A stretch of DNA of 62,885 nt, counting the filler, from Choristocarpus tenellus KU-1152 (Eukaryota; Protista; Phaeophyceae): NCBI GenBank assembly GCA_964200185.2. It is 7 parts of 7 records of this genome, joined end to end, with 100 filler letters (N's around TTAATTAATTAA, not from the genome) between each part and the next. Parts side by side here need not be neighbours in the genome. Positions count along the whole stretch, not along the records: positions 1 to 23,272 come from CAXNAD020000254.1; 6 more parts are not named here. One strand, given 5' to 3'. The translations under genes were made by a program, and so were the position numbers. Within the stretch, counting starts at the first letter, position 1. Each line of letters starts with the position of its first letter. Shown in pieces: positions 1 to 13,081 of the stretch. Below the pieces are notes generated by a model. That model did not search any database. It worked only from the letters and a program-made list of their open reading frames with translations, and was not told where the DNA came from.

Positions 1-1806
1 CTTTTTTAAGACCGTTTTTGCAAAACAACCATCCTCGTAGTCCCGCTCCATCCCCAATTTTGAAAATCCTCTGTTCTATGTGCACCAATAATTGAAGGAT
101 CCACCCAAGTAAACAAGAATGGGACATATATTTATCTCTTCATAAAGATTTCTTGCACTGAGTGCCCCTCACGTTCAGTACATAATATGATGTCAAGTGT
201 CGAGAAGATCAAGATTGAATGGTTGATGGTGCCATGCACAAGATATATGCTTCTTAATGGGACACCCAGGAAGGAGAGAGGAATGAAGTGAATAGCTCGC
301 TTTCAAATAAATCTTATTATGCGAGATTACGCACAGGCAAGCAATATCTGATGGGTGAGTCACACTCACTGACATTACTATGAATCTATCAAATTCCAAT
401 ACTTACACCCCTCTTACACCAAGAGGGCAGGACATTTCGTCAGCCAAAGCCGATATACAGAAGCCACCATGTGAAAGGAGAAGTGGACACCCAAGCACAT
501 CTTCAAAACCACAAAAACCTTAGACCTTGCTGATGGTGATGCTTTCACCTCATTGGCTTGCACCATTACCCCTTCAATGCCTAAACACACTCTGAAGGTT
601 TCATCAATCTGCAGTCATGCAGGAAGGGGACGAGATCCTAAGAGATCAATTCCTCACATGGTTTGCACCACAATCACTGGTCTCATCCCCCATGTATCCC
701 AATCGTCTCCATGCTTCCCTGCCCCTCAAAATGTAGCAAAACAAAACACTGCGGCAACAAATGAAATTTAAAGAAAAACTAATATGTAAGATGGAAAAAC
801 AATACTTCCGGTCGACTGACTTCTGTACCAACAATACTTCAAATAAACAGAACACACAAGTGAGTGCTGGCCCAGCATTTTTAGATTGCCTATTGCTCAA
901 CCCTGTGATAGAACAAGTACAGGAAGAAGAATATAAAAAAAACAGCCCTTCTCAACACATCTACCTGCTGGATTGTCTGCTCCTACACGTGTCACCTCCT
1001 CTCATCTCTCTCCTCCCCTCTCTTCACCTCATACCAGCGTCCTTGACTAGGTGGCACAGTCTGCAATGCAACCCCCCATCTTGAGATTTTTCATAATGCT
1101 CTCCTCCTGCACTGACCCTCACCTCATGGTACTATTCTCTCTGCCTACTAGGAATTACAAAAAAAAGAACCCACAGAGCTAAGCAAGTATGCATTGTACC
1201 AAAACCGGAATAAATGTAATATCGTCAACACAACACCACCACAGCCAGGCTATGATACGAAATAGATACCAACAGTCCAATCAATCAACCGAATCACCCG
1301 AAGTGCACATCAATCGACTGTATTGCCATGACACAACACAAAAGAAGCGAAGAGGTAAAATCAAGCAGAACATTCCCTTCACTTCTGCCCTCGAATATCG
1401 TTTCAACCCCATATAATTACCTTCACACTCTTAAACCGAATATTACCAACGATCACCAAGTCAAACTCCTGCCGCCCTCCCCATCAAAAACTTCACTCTA
1501 AAGTACAGAGTGGCAATCCAAACACCCTACCCACCCCAAAAACAGACTATTTCGGGCACCCAAATGCATCTGTCGTGGTTTCTCTACTTCTTCCTCCTCC
1601 TCTCCTTACCCCCCACCACGAGTCTATCAGAAGAGGTTTTAAAAAAGCATGTATGCCTTTACAAAAGAAAGAATAAATAAAACCAACTACTTCAAAGACA
1701 ACAGACGGTTCAAAGGACAGGGTAGGGAGGCAGGGAAGGATGAAGTTGAGTAGCACTTGTGGGGGCCAATTGGAGGGGAGGCAGGGAAAAGCGGCAGGAG
1801 CATGGG

Positions 1807-4800
1807 TCATGCGTGAGTTCCTTCCTTCACTGACGCTGTGGTTGCCGCTGCATGCTGCCGGCTTCCTTCATCCCTGGAAGTGCTGGACTGGTCTCCGTCA
1901 GTGAGCTGAGACAGTGTGTTGGTCAGGAGTATCTTTTCCTCCTTGAACTGCTCATCATCCTGCGCAGCGGACAGATGAAGAAAAATTGAAATATTGTTTT
2001 TTTTTTGGCAATTTCATCGACTTTCAAACACATCCTTGTCTCATCAAACAGTACTATATAGTGTACCATCCTGAGATATTCCTTGGTAAATTTCAAGGAC
2101 TAGGATACATATTTTCTTGGAGTAAAGAACAAAATTATAGTTCTGTACCATCAAACAAGGATTAATAGTGCTGTTCTTAAATAAAATCTGAGCTCCTACA
2201 GCAACACCTGTACTTGAATGTATTATCACAAGCACTAATCAGAAAGGAACCATGATGTCGCATTGAAACCTCCCCTACTCCCCCAACGTAAAATAATACA
2301 TCAGACTTTGAAGTGCTTTATAATATTATTTATTGCATCGCTTACTCACTGTACATTACAGCCAATAGCATGGAGCAATCTTCTTTCCACACTCTGGCTT
2401 TCCCCTCTCTTTATCAAAACCTCAATCAACCCCAATCCACCCCCACCTCCTAATGCCTGGCAAAGCCAAAAAACACCACCTGACCTTACTGTTGTGGAAG
2501 TTCTCAAGGTAGGCAATGAGCTTGGTCTTGTTCTTCACTAAAATCTTGGTGACCTCCGGTGGCTTCTTAGGGTTCGCCACAAACACCTGCATCATCACCA
2601 CCACAGGAACACAAGAACAAACACACAACACAATATCAGTCCAGGGGTGAACACAGGGCTCCATATTGTGATGGGATACCATCAGAAACTACACCAAAAT
2701 TATGTTACCAGTTTCTTCCACAGTCCAATAGTGCCGCTGAATAAAGGATATATACATCCCTGGAGGGGATAGGGTGCCCCTGCAATGACCAGCCTCGCCA
2801 GTAACAAACTTGCTTGTGGAATTCACTGAGTCATCCCCAATTCTCTCATACTTTATTTCAACTATATGATGTCCTCAGTGCCTTGTAAAATAGTACTCTT
2901 CAATTAACTGAAATATGCCCCACGATCTCTCTCACATTATTGCATACATGCAAGAATTCTACTATCTCCATTTACATGTATTATTTTCCTCTTTTCCCTT
3001 GTTTGTCAACAAAGATCCAAACCATCTGGATTGAATAGAAAAAGTTGAACCAACACATTGTAAGAATGGCCTTGACGTGTCGCCAAAATCAAGCACCTCA
3101 AGAGGTGAACATCTAGGCTGATAGTATAATGGACAAGGAAAAAAATCTAAGTTCGTACAAAATGACTGCTACAACAAAAATAATGATCTAATTCCGTCCT
3201 AACACACACACCTGCTACTAAAAACAAGTGAAACTCAACTTGATGGAGAACCTACTTGCAATAGTGAGAAATATGATGGAGGCGCCAGATCATAAAATAT
3301 TTTATAATTGATAGACAAGCAATTTATCAAATGAAACCTAGTCATCTCAGCAATCGCATTTTGCAAATAACTTATTTTGAAAGAGTAAAATTAGAGTGGC
3401 TTAATCCTCTGAGGAAATGATTCGTTTGAATTCCAAAATGATTCATTCGAATCCAAACTTTCCCACAGCAATTTTCTTCCGAAATTGTTTGATTTCTTGG
3501 GAAGATGATATCATTCTATTTCAGTTGATAAAATGTTTATTTATTAGTTTGTTTGGAAGATGATATGAAATTATATCAAAACCCACTTTTGACCTAGAAG
3601 TCAATAAAAATAGGTTATATCTAGATTACAGCAATACATAATTTAAAAAAAATCATTCTTAAGCATTCAAAGAGTCACCTCACGGAAGGAGGACAATAAC
3701 GTAACCACTTCGGTAGTGAAATTAATTCTCTACATGCAACACTGCTGGTTAAATCTGTTCCTCACTCAATGCCTCACCCACTAGTACTAAAGCATCCCCT
3801 TCCCTTACCCCCCCTCACCCTGTTCCAAGTCTCGCACACCTCGCCTCATACCATTATTACGCAGTCATCTGACACTAACATTCCTATTTTTCTTTCCTGG
3901 CATGAGACTTTTGGCAACAAGAACTAACAACGAAAAATAATGCTTGGAAGCAACCCTAGCACCACTCGGAGCTGAGAGTGGCCATAACAAACTTCACATC
4001 TCAGACCACGGCCCCAAAGGGGGGTAGGTCAAGCATTAAAAAAAAACTACAAAAATACCATCATGTCAACGTAGACAGCCAGCACTAACATTCCCAGAGC
4101 TGGGCGTCACCTCAGACCTGAGAGAGTCAGGTCCTCCATACTCCAAAACAAGTATAAATTCATTCGCTTCACTCATCAACCTGCACCTTTGACGGTACAT
4201 AACCAACAAACAAAACTTTTCCCTACAATTGCCTCGCTCATGCCAACAAAAACCAGAAGCAGGGCAAAATTGATGAAAAAAAAATACTTATTCATACTTG
4301 TTAACGACCTATATGTGAAACCAGAACACCCTACTACACTTCGCAAAGATACCGCACAAAATTAAAATTCAGTTTGAAAAAAAAAGAACAAAAAAATAGT
4401 TCTTGGTAATGTAAAAACTACTCAAATGGATGACAAAAAAATTCCAACAAAAGAAAAGACACAATTGTGATGGGCTTTCATAGCATTTGTAATGAAAAAA
4501 AAGGTGAAACTAACCTTGAAAACGTGGAAGGCTTCATATTGGATGTTGGGGCTCTTGTCCCTCAGCAGGTTCATCATCATCTTCAGGTTCTCCTTATCCT
4601 GATCAAGACCAACACGAACGCAAACAAACATACCCATTCAATTCAAATTGAGCAGAGCAGAGCAAAATTAAAAAATAAAACAAAAAGATAATATAAAAAA
4701 TAAAATAGTGGTGTGGGTTCGAATGACAAATAAAGAAGCAATTGGGAGGGTGATGGAGGGGGATTTCCAATCTCTTTGTGAAAATATCATCAATTCCATC

Positions 4801-7800
4801 ACACAGAGAATGCTCCGAATCAAACAGTCAAGTGAATAAAAAAAAAATCAAGACATAAGTTTCAGTCAACTGCAATAAACTGGCATGTGTGCCAATCATC
4901 GCAGAAAGCTCCAAGCACCACAATCTATTCTTAGCCAGGAGGACAAGTAGGGAACAACTCCAATCAAACCCTTCAATCTCTACGCCAATTACCCTTTGAA
5001 ATCAAAATGAATTGTGATATTGCAAAATAATGCGTATGATTCACAATGAAACACTTACACAGACATCATGCATCAGGTGTTGAAACAACATATAGGTTGG
5101 GGTCATAAAAAACAGTCAGGCAAGTCTTTCCACAATGCAACCGTACTCGTGTCCAAGTAGCAGTGGCGAAACCTCCAACAAATTGATTGGTACATGTAAT
5201 CAGGTGGGTATCAATCAAGGAGGACTTATTTTTTCTCCATGGTCTCATTTTTCCATAGACTTCTAATGAGGGGGTTGTAACTTCATCCATATATCTAGTT
5301 GCCTCAACCTCAACAACCCCAGCAAGGTACACCTTGACACACGAAATGGAGACCCTGAGTCAGCAAACCTTAGGAGCAAACACGCGCTTAGAAAACAATT
5401 GCCTTTTCTATCCTTTCAGGCAGAGCCAAACTCACAGTCGGAGCCATAAATAAGAAGAAAATACTAAGTTAACCGAGCAGGTGCTGAGAAATAAATAAAT
5501 AAGAAGCACTATGAAGCAGAAGAGACGTTCAAGTTTGTGCTTCAACTCCTTAGATTAAACAACTGCATAGTGGAAGAAAAATAAATACATGCATGTATGT
5601 ATTATGTATTGCAGAGGTATTTCTCAACCAATTCCTCATGATCAACTCACAAAATCATCCATACACATCATGAACACATCTCGAGCGCACCATACAAAAA
5701 CAAGGGTATTACTTTGACCCAATCTCCAACCAATCAAGTCCAAAAAGAAGGGTGACCTTGGATAGGAACAATCTGAACAACTCAAAGGAGGGAGGCGGTT
5801 TGTTACAAAAAAATAATAATAAATAATAATAATAAAAAATAATAACAAAAAATAAGTGATTGATTGATTGATTGAACAAAGTTCTATTTGTTGCCAGCTA
5901 ATGGAGTGATTTCACAACATGGCAGCAATATCATGGGGTCCTCACCTGTATGTATCGGATCATTACTGCAAAGTTAGTTCGATCCAGCAATAACTCTCCC
6001 AGAAGCTTGAGGGACTGTCTCCTTGTGACATAGTTTGTGGATTTTAGGAGCACATTGTACTTCTCAAACACAGTATCGAATTTCTCTGACAAGAACTGCA
6101 GGAAAATAGTGTTTTTGATAATTTTGTATCAAGGAGAGAGGTGGGTAAGATAACTCATTATGTGTGTGTTAGCAGCATATGTGCCTCCAATGATTATGAG
6201 TGTGTGGGTGAATGGACATTGAAGCATCCAAAACAACCTATGTTTATAGGATAGAAAATTGCAACATATCTGTACAGTATCAATAGTCCTAAGGGGCAAC
6301 ACAACTCAACTTGACACAAAAACAAATGCAGAGAAATGTCAGGGTGTACAGCCCCTAGTTGTGTACCAATGCATATTTCAAGATTTTGCAGGCATGAAGC
6401 AATTCTCACAACTCTTGCATAAGAAGGGCTGATGGCCACACAGTCATGGAAGGTCGGGTGTACTCCATGTCCCAAAAGGCACAATCAGACTAGTTCAGGT
6501 GTACCAAACCACAGGAACATGAACTCCTGGTAATTACCTTCCTACCAAATTGCACAAGCTTTCAAGTCACAGTCACACCTATTTTTTTCTGCATTCACAT
6601 CATATCCCTAAACATTTAACACTATTTATCAAATGGTGGAAAATTCCTCAGTGCAATGAGAAAAGAGTTCGGGGGGAGGGGGGGGGGATGTAAAGAGGAG
6701 GGACAAATGACATCCAATCCAATCAAAGGTGTCTTGCGCACACTTGTCCAAGGAAACTAAGCAGAGTTGGTATCACAAATTGAGGCGTCTTTGTTCATGT
6801 CTAGTACAGTAACAACATATATTCTCACCTCAGAAGCAACCTGTTTGTTGCGAGTGAGAAGGTCTCGGAGGGTCAAAAAAGCATCACTTGCCACATCAAA
6901 GTTTGGTAAGTGCACGTACTGTACATGCATGAAGGCAGAAACATAACATGGAGTGAGAAGGGGAAGTATTGTGGGGAAGGAATCAGACCCAAAGGGTATA
7001 CACAAAGGATTTCTGAGAGCAAGAAAGATACAGCTCTATTAACAACAACACATCAATGCGAGCTGTGACAAAATGAAAAAAGACTGGGCTCAAGGGGAGA
7101 CATATATCAACAAAGGCAGCAGTACAAGGGCGAACACACGAGGTAAACGCATGTTGACTGTAACACAAAGGCAAAGGATTTACTACAGTACCAAAGGCAT
7201 GAACTTGGTAAAAAAATCTTGCGTGACGTAAGCGTTGACAGTGAAGGTATAACTTTCCTGGCAACAAGTCACTTTTTACATATTGCAGCAGAAAAATGAT
7301 TATCTCACTTCCAGTGAGGTCATCTGCTAACACAACAGTTGGAACCCCCAATCCTATACTTCAAACCTTGATTGGGACATGCATGAGGTACATACATCCT
7401 CAACAAAAAAAAATCATACAACAAAGAGCAAAAAACAACTTATTATCATTCTGCACAAGAAATCCTCATGTTGGTAAGAGATGCATGAAGTTCAATGGCG
7501 GAACCAACCATGATGAGGACTTTCTCTTCCACACTCTACACCACTTACAACCAACCTGTGTTGAACAATATCCTATTGTTCTGATTGAAACAATACCCAG
7601 TGCACACCCCTTTAGCACAATATATGCCCAGGTGCAATGGTTGATGCCACTACAAAAATAGAAACACAACACAGATTATAACAGTGCAGTCACCTAGGAA
7701 AAAAGGAGTCCCACCAGCACCACAACGCTGTCATCAATAATGTAGATAATGCAGGATTGTGCACAAAAGCATATAATAGAAAACTCATCACATGTTCTAG

Positions 7801-10800
7801 ATCGAGTGATGTTGCCATTGGACTCACAACCTGCTCAGTCAACAGTTACAACTAACAACTCTTCAATAGAGTTGAGAAAACGGGCACAACACACAACACC
7901 TCCCATCCAATGCATGCCTTGGACCATCTCTTTTCTAGCTTGCCAGAAACACATGGAAACCAACCAGGATATCACATGTTACACAGGTTTATGACCTGCA
8001 AGTGCACCAAGTGCACCACTCAACCAAAACATAGACGATGTTGCTTTATCCCCAGCAGCACAAGGAGCATTCGTAAGGCCACCTCCACATTCAATCTGTC
8101 CACGCACAATCCCGGGTTGTTCATACCCATGGCACACTAGAGCTACCATACCAAGTGCTCAGTACTTGCAAGTTTTGAACAATCTCATGCAAAGCACACA
8201 GGATGTATATGCAGAAACAATCATGTTCATCATTTTTTGGGAGTCCAGTTCAACACCATTTAGTACGCAATTTCATCTCTCCAACTACTGTGTCATTTTT
8301 CACTAGGAACTATTCGCAGCCAACAGATGCATTCTTAATACCAACTCAACACATCAACCTTGTCATCAAGATACCACTGAAAAAAGGGTCCTTCCATCTG
8401 ATCACAGTATAATACTATCAACTGTGTCTATAAAATACAGCCAAATAATTCTATCGAAAATCTCGATGTCCCCATGTGCAATCCACACAAACATGTACAG
8501 AACACAAGCAGATCGTTCAAAGGTTGGGCAGTCCTTCGGTTGAAAGGGAGCACACAAGGACCGTATAGCCACCGTCATTTTGCTTGGCACCATGATGAAC
8601 CGAAATCGTTCTTGGCAGATTGCAGGGCCATTGAAAGGCCATGCCCACATCGTTTTCTGCAAAGATTATGATCATCACCATCTCCCACTCTACCTTGTCA
8701 TTTCGCAATTATCTAATACATTCTACACACGACAACGGACAGCTTTTTGGTTTTTCGATCATATCATCATAATCCATCACCAATTCAGAACGGTACTCAA
8801 CAGTCAAAATCGGTATAGACAACTTGGAACAGAAAACAAAAACATACATCGTATTGTCACAAAATCCAAGAACATACAAATGCCACTGTACGCACCTGGT
8901 CAAAGAACAGCCACAGTGTCTCATCGTAGAGGGTCATACGAGCCAGGGCTTCATACCGGACACACTCCCTCAGCATGGCACCACCATGGAGGGCAATGTC
9001 AGTGTTTCCATATGCCCCAATCATATTTTTTACCATGAGAGGTTCCTCCTCCACATAGTGCACAAAGCCCTCAATGTTCTTCCGCACCAGATTGTTGAAG
9101 ATCTGTTTTGTTCAAGTTTTTTACGGATGTTTTTTACATTATCTGCATGCAGAAAAGGGGGGCTAAGTGATGCTTACACAGCAAGTAGACGATACATACA
9201 TATATGTAGTCCTTAGCTCAGAAAAACCTGGTGTAGCGGTTACTGCCTTCAAAGTGTGTTCATCAGGAAACGTGTGATTTGTCCAACTTCTTTGAGCAGC
9301 TTGTCTTAAAGTGACTGATGCACTCCACCGAACAAACAGCAAGGAGGTTGACACAAGGTCATTATTATCTGAACGAAAAAAACACCACACATGTAAGTAT
9401 CCTTACGGATGTATATATACACATGTATTACATTTCATACCTCCGTGGAGTCTTCATTGTCCGCCTCAGAACTTGAGGTAGTGGGGTTGTGAGGGGGGAG
9501 CAGTCACATTGGCAAGGAATCATTAAAGCAGTCGAGAACAAAAAATCATCAAACCACACATCCAATCCTCAGGAAAGGGATTGCTCACTAAAACAAAGAG
9601 GACACTGAGCAGTGCCTCACTGGTTATCCCTTTACACAACTTCATCCACAAGAGCCACAGACAAGCACAAACATACCCTCAAGCAACAAAATACAAATGT
9701 TCAGAATTCTGGACACACATTAGGAGAGTGACTCTTGTACAAGGTGGAACTACCTTCATGCCGAACAGATAATTTCACTGAGTAGCCCTAGAAGCGATGC
9801 CATGCAACACTATTGTACAAAATTACATAAATATGCGCATATACCACCCTTTTAACACAACTCACAAGGTAAACATGAGGTAAGGACTCTCTCCACATCT
9901 TAAGGGTCTCAGTACACACAAATTAAATGCATCAACAAGGAACTCACATGAAGGCTGCCTGTTATCAATATCACCAAATGCTACAAACCAAATCTAGACT
10001 CTAGACTCTCTGGTTTCGACCAACTAAACGTTTCGTAAATTGAGCAGTCAGCATGACTAAAGCCAACCTTTGGTAGACAATTGCTCTGCTTTAATATAAA
10101 TCAAATATTGAAACATGTTAGTCAAAGTTCACCTACCAATAGAAATGAGGAAATTGGATGCTGCTACTTTTATCACTTAAATCTCAACAAAAAATGAGAT
10201 AAAGATGCAGCAGTTCACCGATACATCATACCAAAGGGTGGTCCCAAAATGATTGAGGGGTGGAGGACACTGCATAGAAAGCAACAACTAGACGAACAGA
10301 TAGCACCTACACCTCGTTTCTCCTCACATCAAGCCAAATGATGCATTCCCCACATCCAATACATTTTGTCGTAGTGTGGTTCCAAACTGACCAAGGGGTA
10401 GGTAGGGACACAACGCAAGAAGGAACAACTAAACCAATAGACGATCTACACATCACATTTAGTCAACATGATGTATTCCCTCTGCAACCTGCTCTACCCC
10501 CATCAATATTGGCATAAATCAGACCAAATCAACCCCAAAAGGTGGGGAAATACAGAAAGGTAACTACAGCATGTTCCACATGTCTATCGCTCTGACCTAG
10601 CACTCAATTCCAAATGGGGTTGTTGCTGATGCTGTACACTGTATTCCCCTGTAGCCATGCCGGTAGTGTTTTACATACTCCAGGCAACCAGACCAAGGAC
10701 ACCACACCCCATACCCTGTCACCAGACACCCCCTCTAAATTTTAGATTGGGCATTATTAACACTCTATCACATGCCAGAAAATATCAACACAGCCTACCT

Positions 10801-12516
10801 AAGATGTAATAATGCGGTCAAAGCCAATAGGCCCATTACAATCTCTGTGGTGGACACATGATCATCGCAACTTGATAGAAATGCAGTGCTAGCCTTAACG
10901 AAGTCAACATTCTCCTTCCCAACAATCCAACACATGGCCATATTTTTTACTCAGTATGGCATTCCTACACTCAAATATTTTCCAAACCCACTCTCAGGCA
11001 CTATTCCAATATAACAAAGTACACAGACATGTGATACAGGTGAGGGTTTCTGAAGAGGAACACAAGGCCCTAGGGACCCTGTGGAATCTATTAGATAAAA
11101 AACACTTAAAATTACTAAACAAGTTCCATTCAACAGAAATATTTTTGTCAGGTCAGGAAACACGTAACATGTCCTTGATAGCTGTACTACAATAGTCTTG
11201 AAAGCAGACATGGTGAAAGGGAGTAAAAAACACTGTTCAAACCAGGCATACATGACAGTGTACTCACAAGACTGATGACATCAGTGTATAAATCTCTTTT
11301 CTTGGTTTGTAGATTTAGTCCATCTACTTGTGTACCATACTGGAGTTAAGCCTGGGGAATGTTCGGGTTCACTCTCCTTTCCACCACAGCAATATAAACA
11401 CTACATATACCACTATTTTCATTGGTCTCCTTGAAAACCAGGAAGGCATAACATTCATAGTTGACACTACTACAAAAGCAGATAGCAAACTTGCTTCTTC
11501 ATCTCACCTGTGCCACATCCTTCCGAGCCTCAAAGGGCAGAGCAGGGAGACTCTCGATGAGACGCGGCATCACCTTGGACACACGAACCGCCACGCTCAG
11601 TTCCCGACACCTTTGGTGGCAAAACATTCGTACCCTTTGAGTTCTTAGCCCAGCCCAATTTGAGCCAATCCCATGACCGTTAATATTTACATCGTGTATC
11701 TACCACTGCATCCACTACACGTGCCTGTGACGACAATATTTTTCACTGCCTTCCTTCTGCATACGCACTGAAACAATGGATGAAAAGCCACTGTACTTCA
11801 AGGTTAAACTTTGTTTTCCCTGGTCAATCTTGTGCAAGATTCAAGTCATTGAATATTACAGTACGTACGGGCTGAAGGGAGGTTAGGAGGCAAAGGGGAG
11901 TACAAGGGGGTTCAGAGTAGGGATGACGAGTATGTCCAGGAGAAGAAAATCTAGTGAGGAACTGGTAACACTTCTGCACCTCTTGAAGAAAATTGAATTT
12001 GGGACGTGACTTGGTGTTGAGGTTTGTATTCGCCCGCCCACAGATTTCTAAAGCACATGTCTTCATCTACAACATGTAGCGTTTCTCATTTGAGAACGGT
12101 GTAGTCTTCTTCAACATATAATATAGATAGTACAGTACGACCTTCGAAGGAGGAGGCAACACTGCCAAGCTTACCTTATCCAATGGCCGATGACCCAAAA
12201 GAAAGGAATGAGAAACTTTTCGGTCCCTAACCTGTACCTCTTTCCCAATCCCCGACCCCCTGTTTTCCTCTGTCCAACGATATTGCTATTCCTGCAAACG
12301 ATGTATTTCAGTATCGGGAAAGTGTATTGACCCGCATGCACACCTCGTGTCCTCAGGTTCCTTGTCCTCCTCCCCGTACAGCACCACCTTCATCTGGCTC
12401 AGTCGCCTGGCCAGGACCTCATCATTTCCCTGGTCCAGCGCCTCCACAACCAAAGAAACTAGCTGTTCCGGTGTCTTCTTCTTTTTCTTGAGGGCGCGGT
12501 TCAACAAGCTAGACAT
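1807..12516 (-). CDS. CAB39: MO25 / calcium-binding protein 39 family scaffold protein, complete, 8 exons, 353 aa
   Basis: Exons (minus): 12344-12516, 11508-11610, 8896-9102, 6829-6918, 5946-6095, 4515-4598, 2485-2586, 1807-1959. All introns GT-AG, phases consistent, 1062 nt. Mo25 motifs: [98 protein letters not shown]. Confidence 0.96.
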
Positions 12517-13081
12517 CGCTCTCGGTCCACGGTTGCCCTAGGACGGAACGATGAAAGGAGAAAGGGGAAGGAGTCTCCCACGTATTGATCAAAGTGCAAC
12601 TACTTGTCGTATCGAAAAGTATCAAAATTACATACTTTAGTTCAGTCGTAAGAGTCGTTTCTTTTTTTTTGACCTCGCTTCATGCCATCAACATCCAACC
12701 CAAAATGTAAGTGAAACCCATATGGTCAATGTTACAAAGGAAAAGGTATAAAGGTATATAACCCGCATAATCTTTCACCTCTTATGAGCGGGTCAAAGGC
12801 ACCTCCAAGTCGGGTTCTATTTTGCTCTATTGAAGCAAAGAGGTGGCGGATTGGAGGGGTGGTGTCGGTTGTGGAAGGTGGAGACTTTGGCGTGGAGATC
12901 TCTGAACTCCTTCGCTAAAACTGGTTTAAGAGCACTGAGCCTTCCGATATCGTGTTGCTGCCGTGAATTTGCGCCGGATATTGACTTGCAGGTGTACTAG
13001 TTGAAAAGAAGTTTCACAAGGATCTATAAAAGGACTGCTACTGCTCAGGGGTGGAAAAGGGGGTTTGAGTGGGTGGGGAAG
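12517..13081. promoter_or_regulatory. Short divergent intergenic region, likely bidirectional promoter of the MO25 and Kelch-BTB genes
   Basis: 565 bp between the two oppositely oriented start codons; richer in CpG than the distal introns. Promoter function is inferred. Confidence 0.6.
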
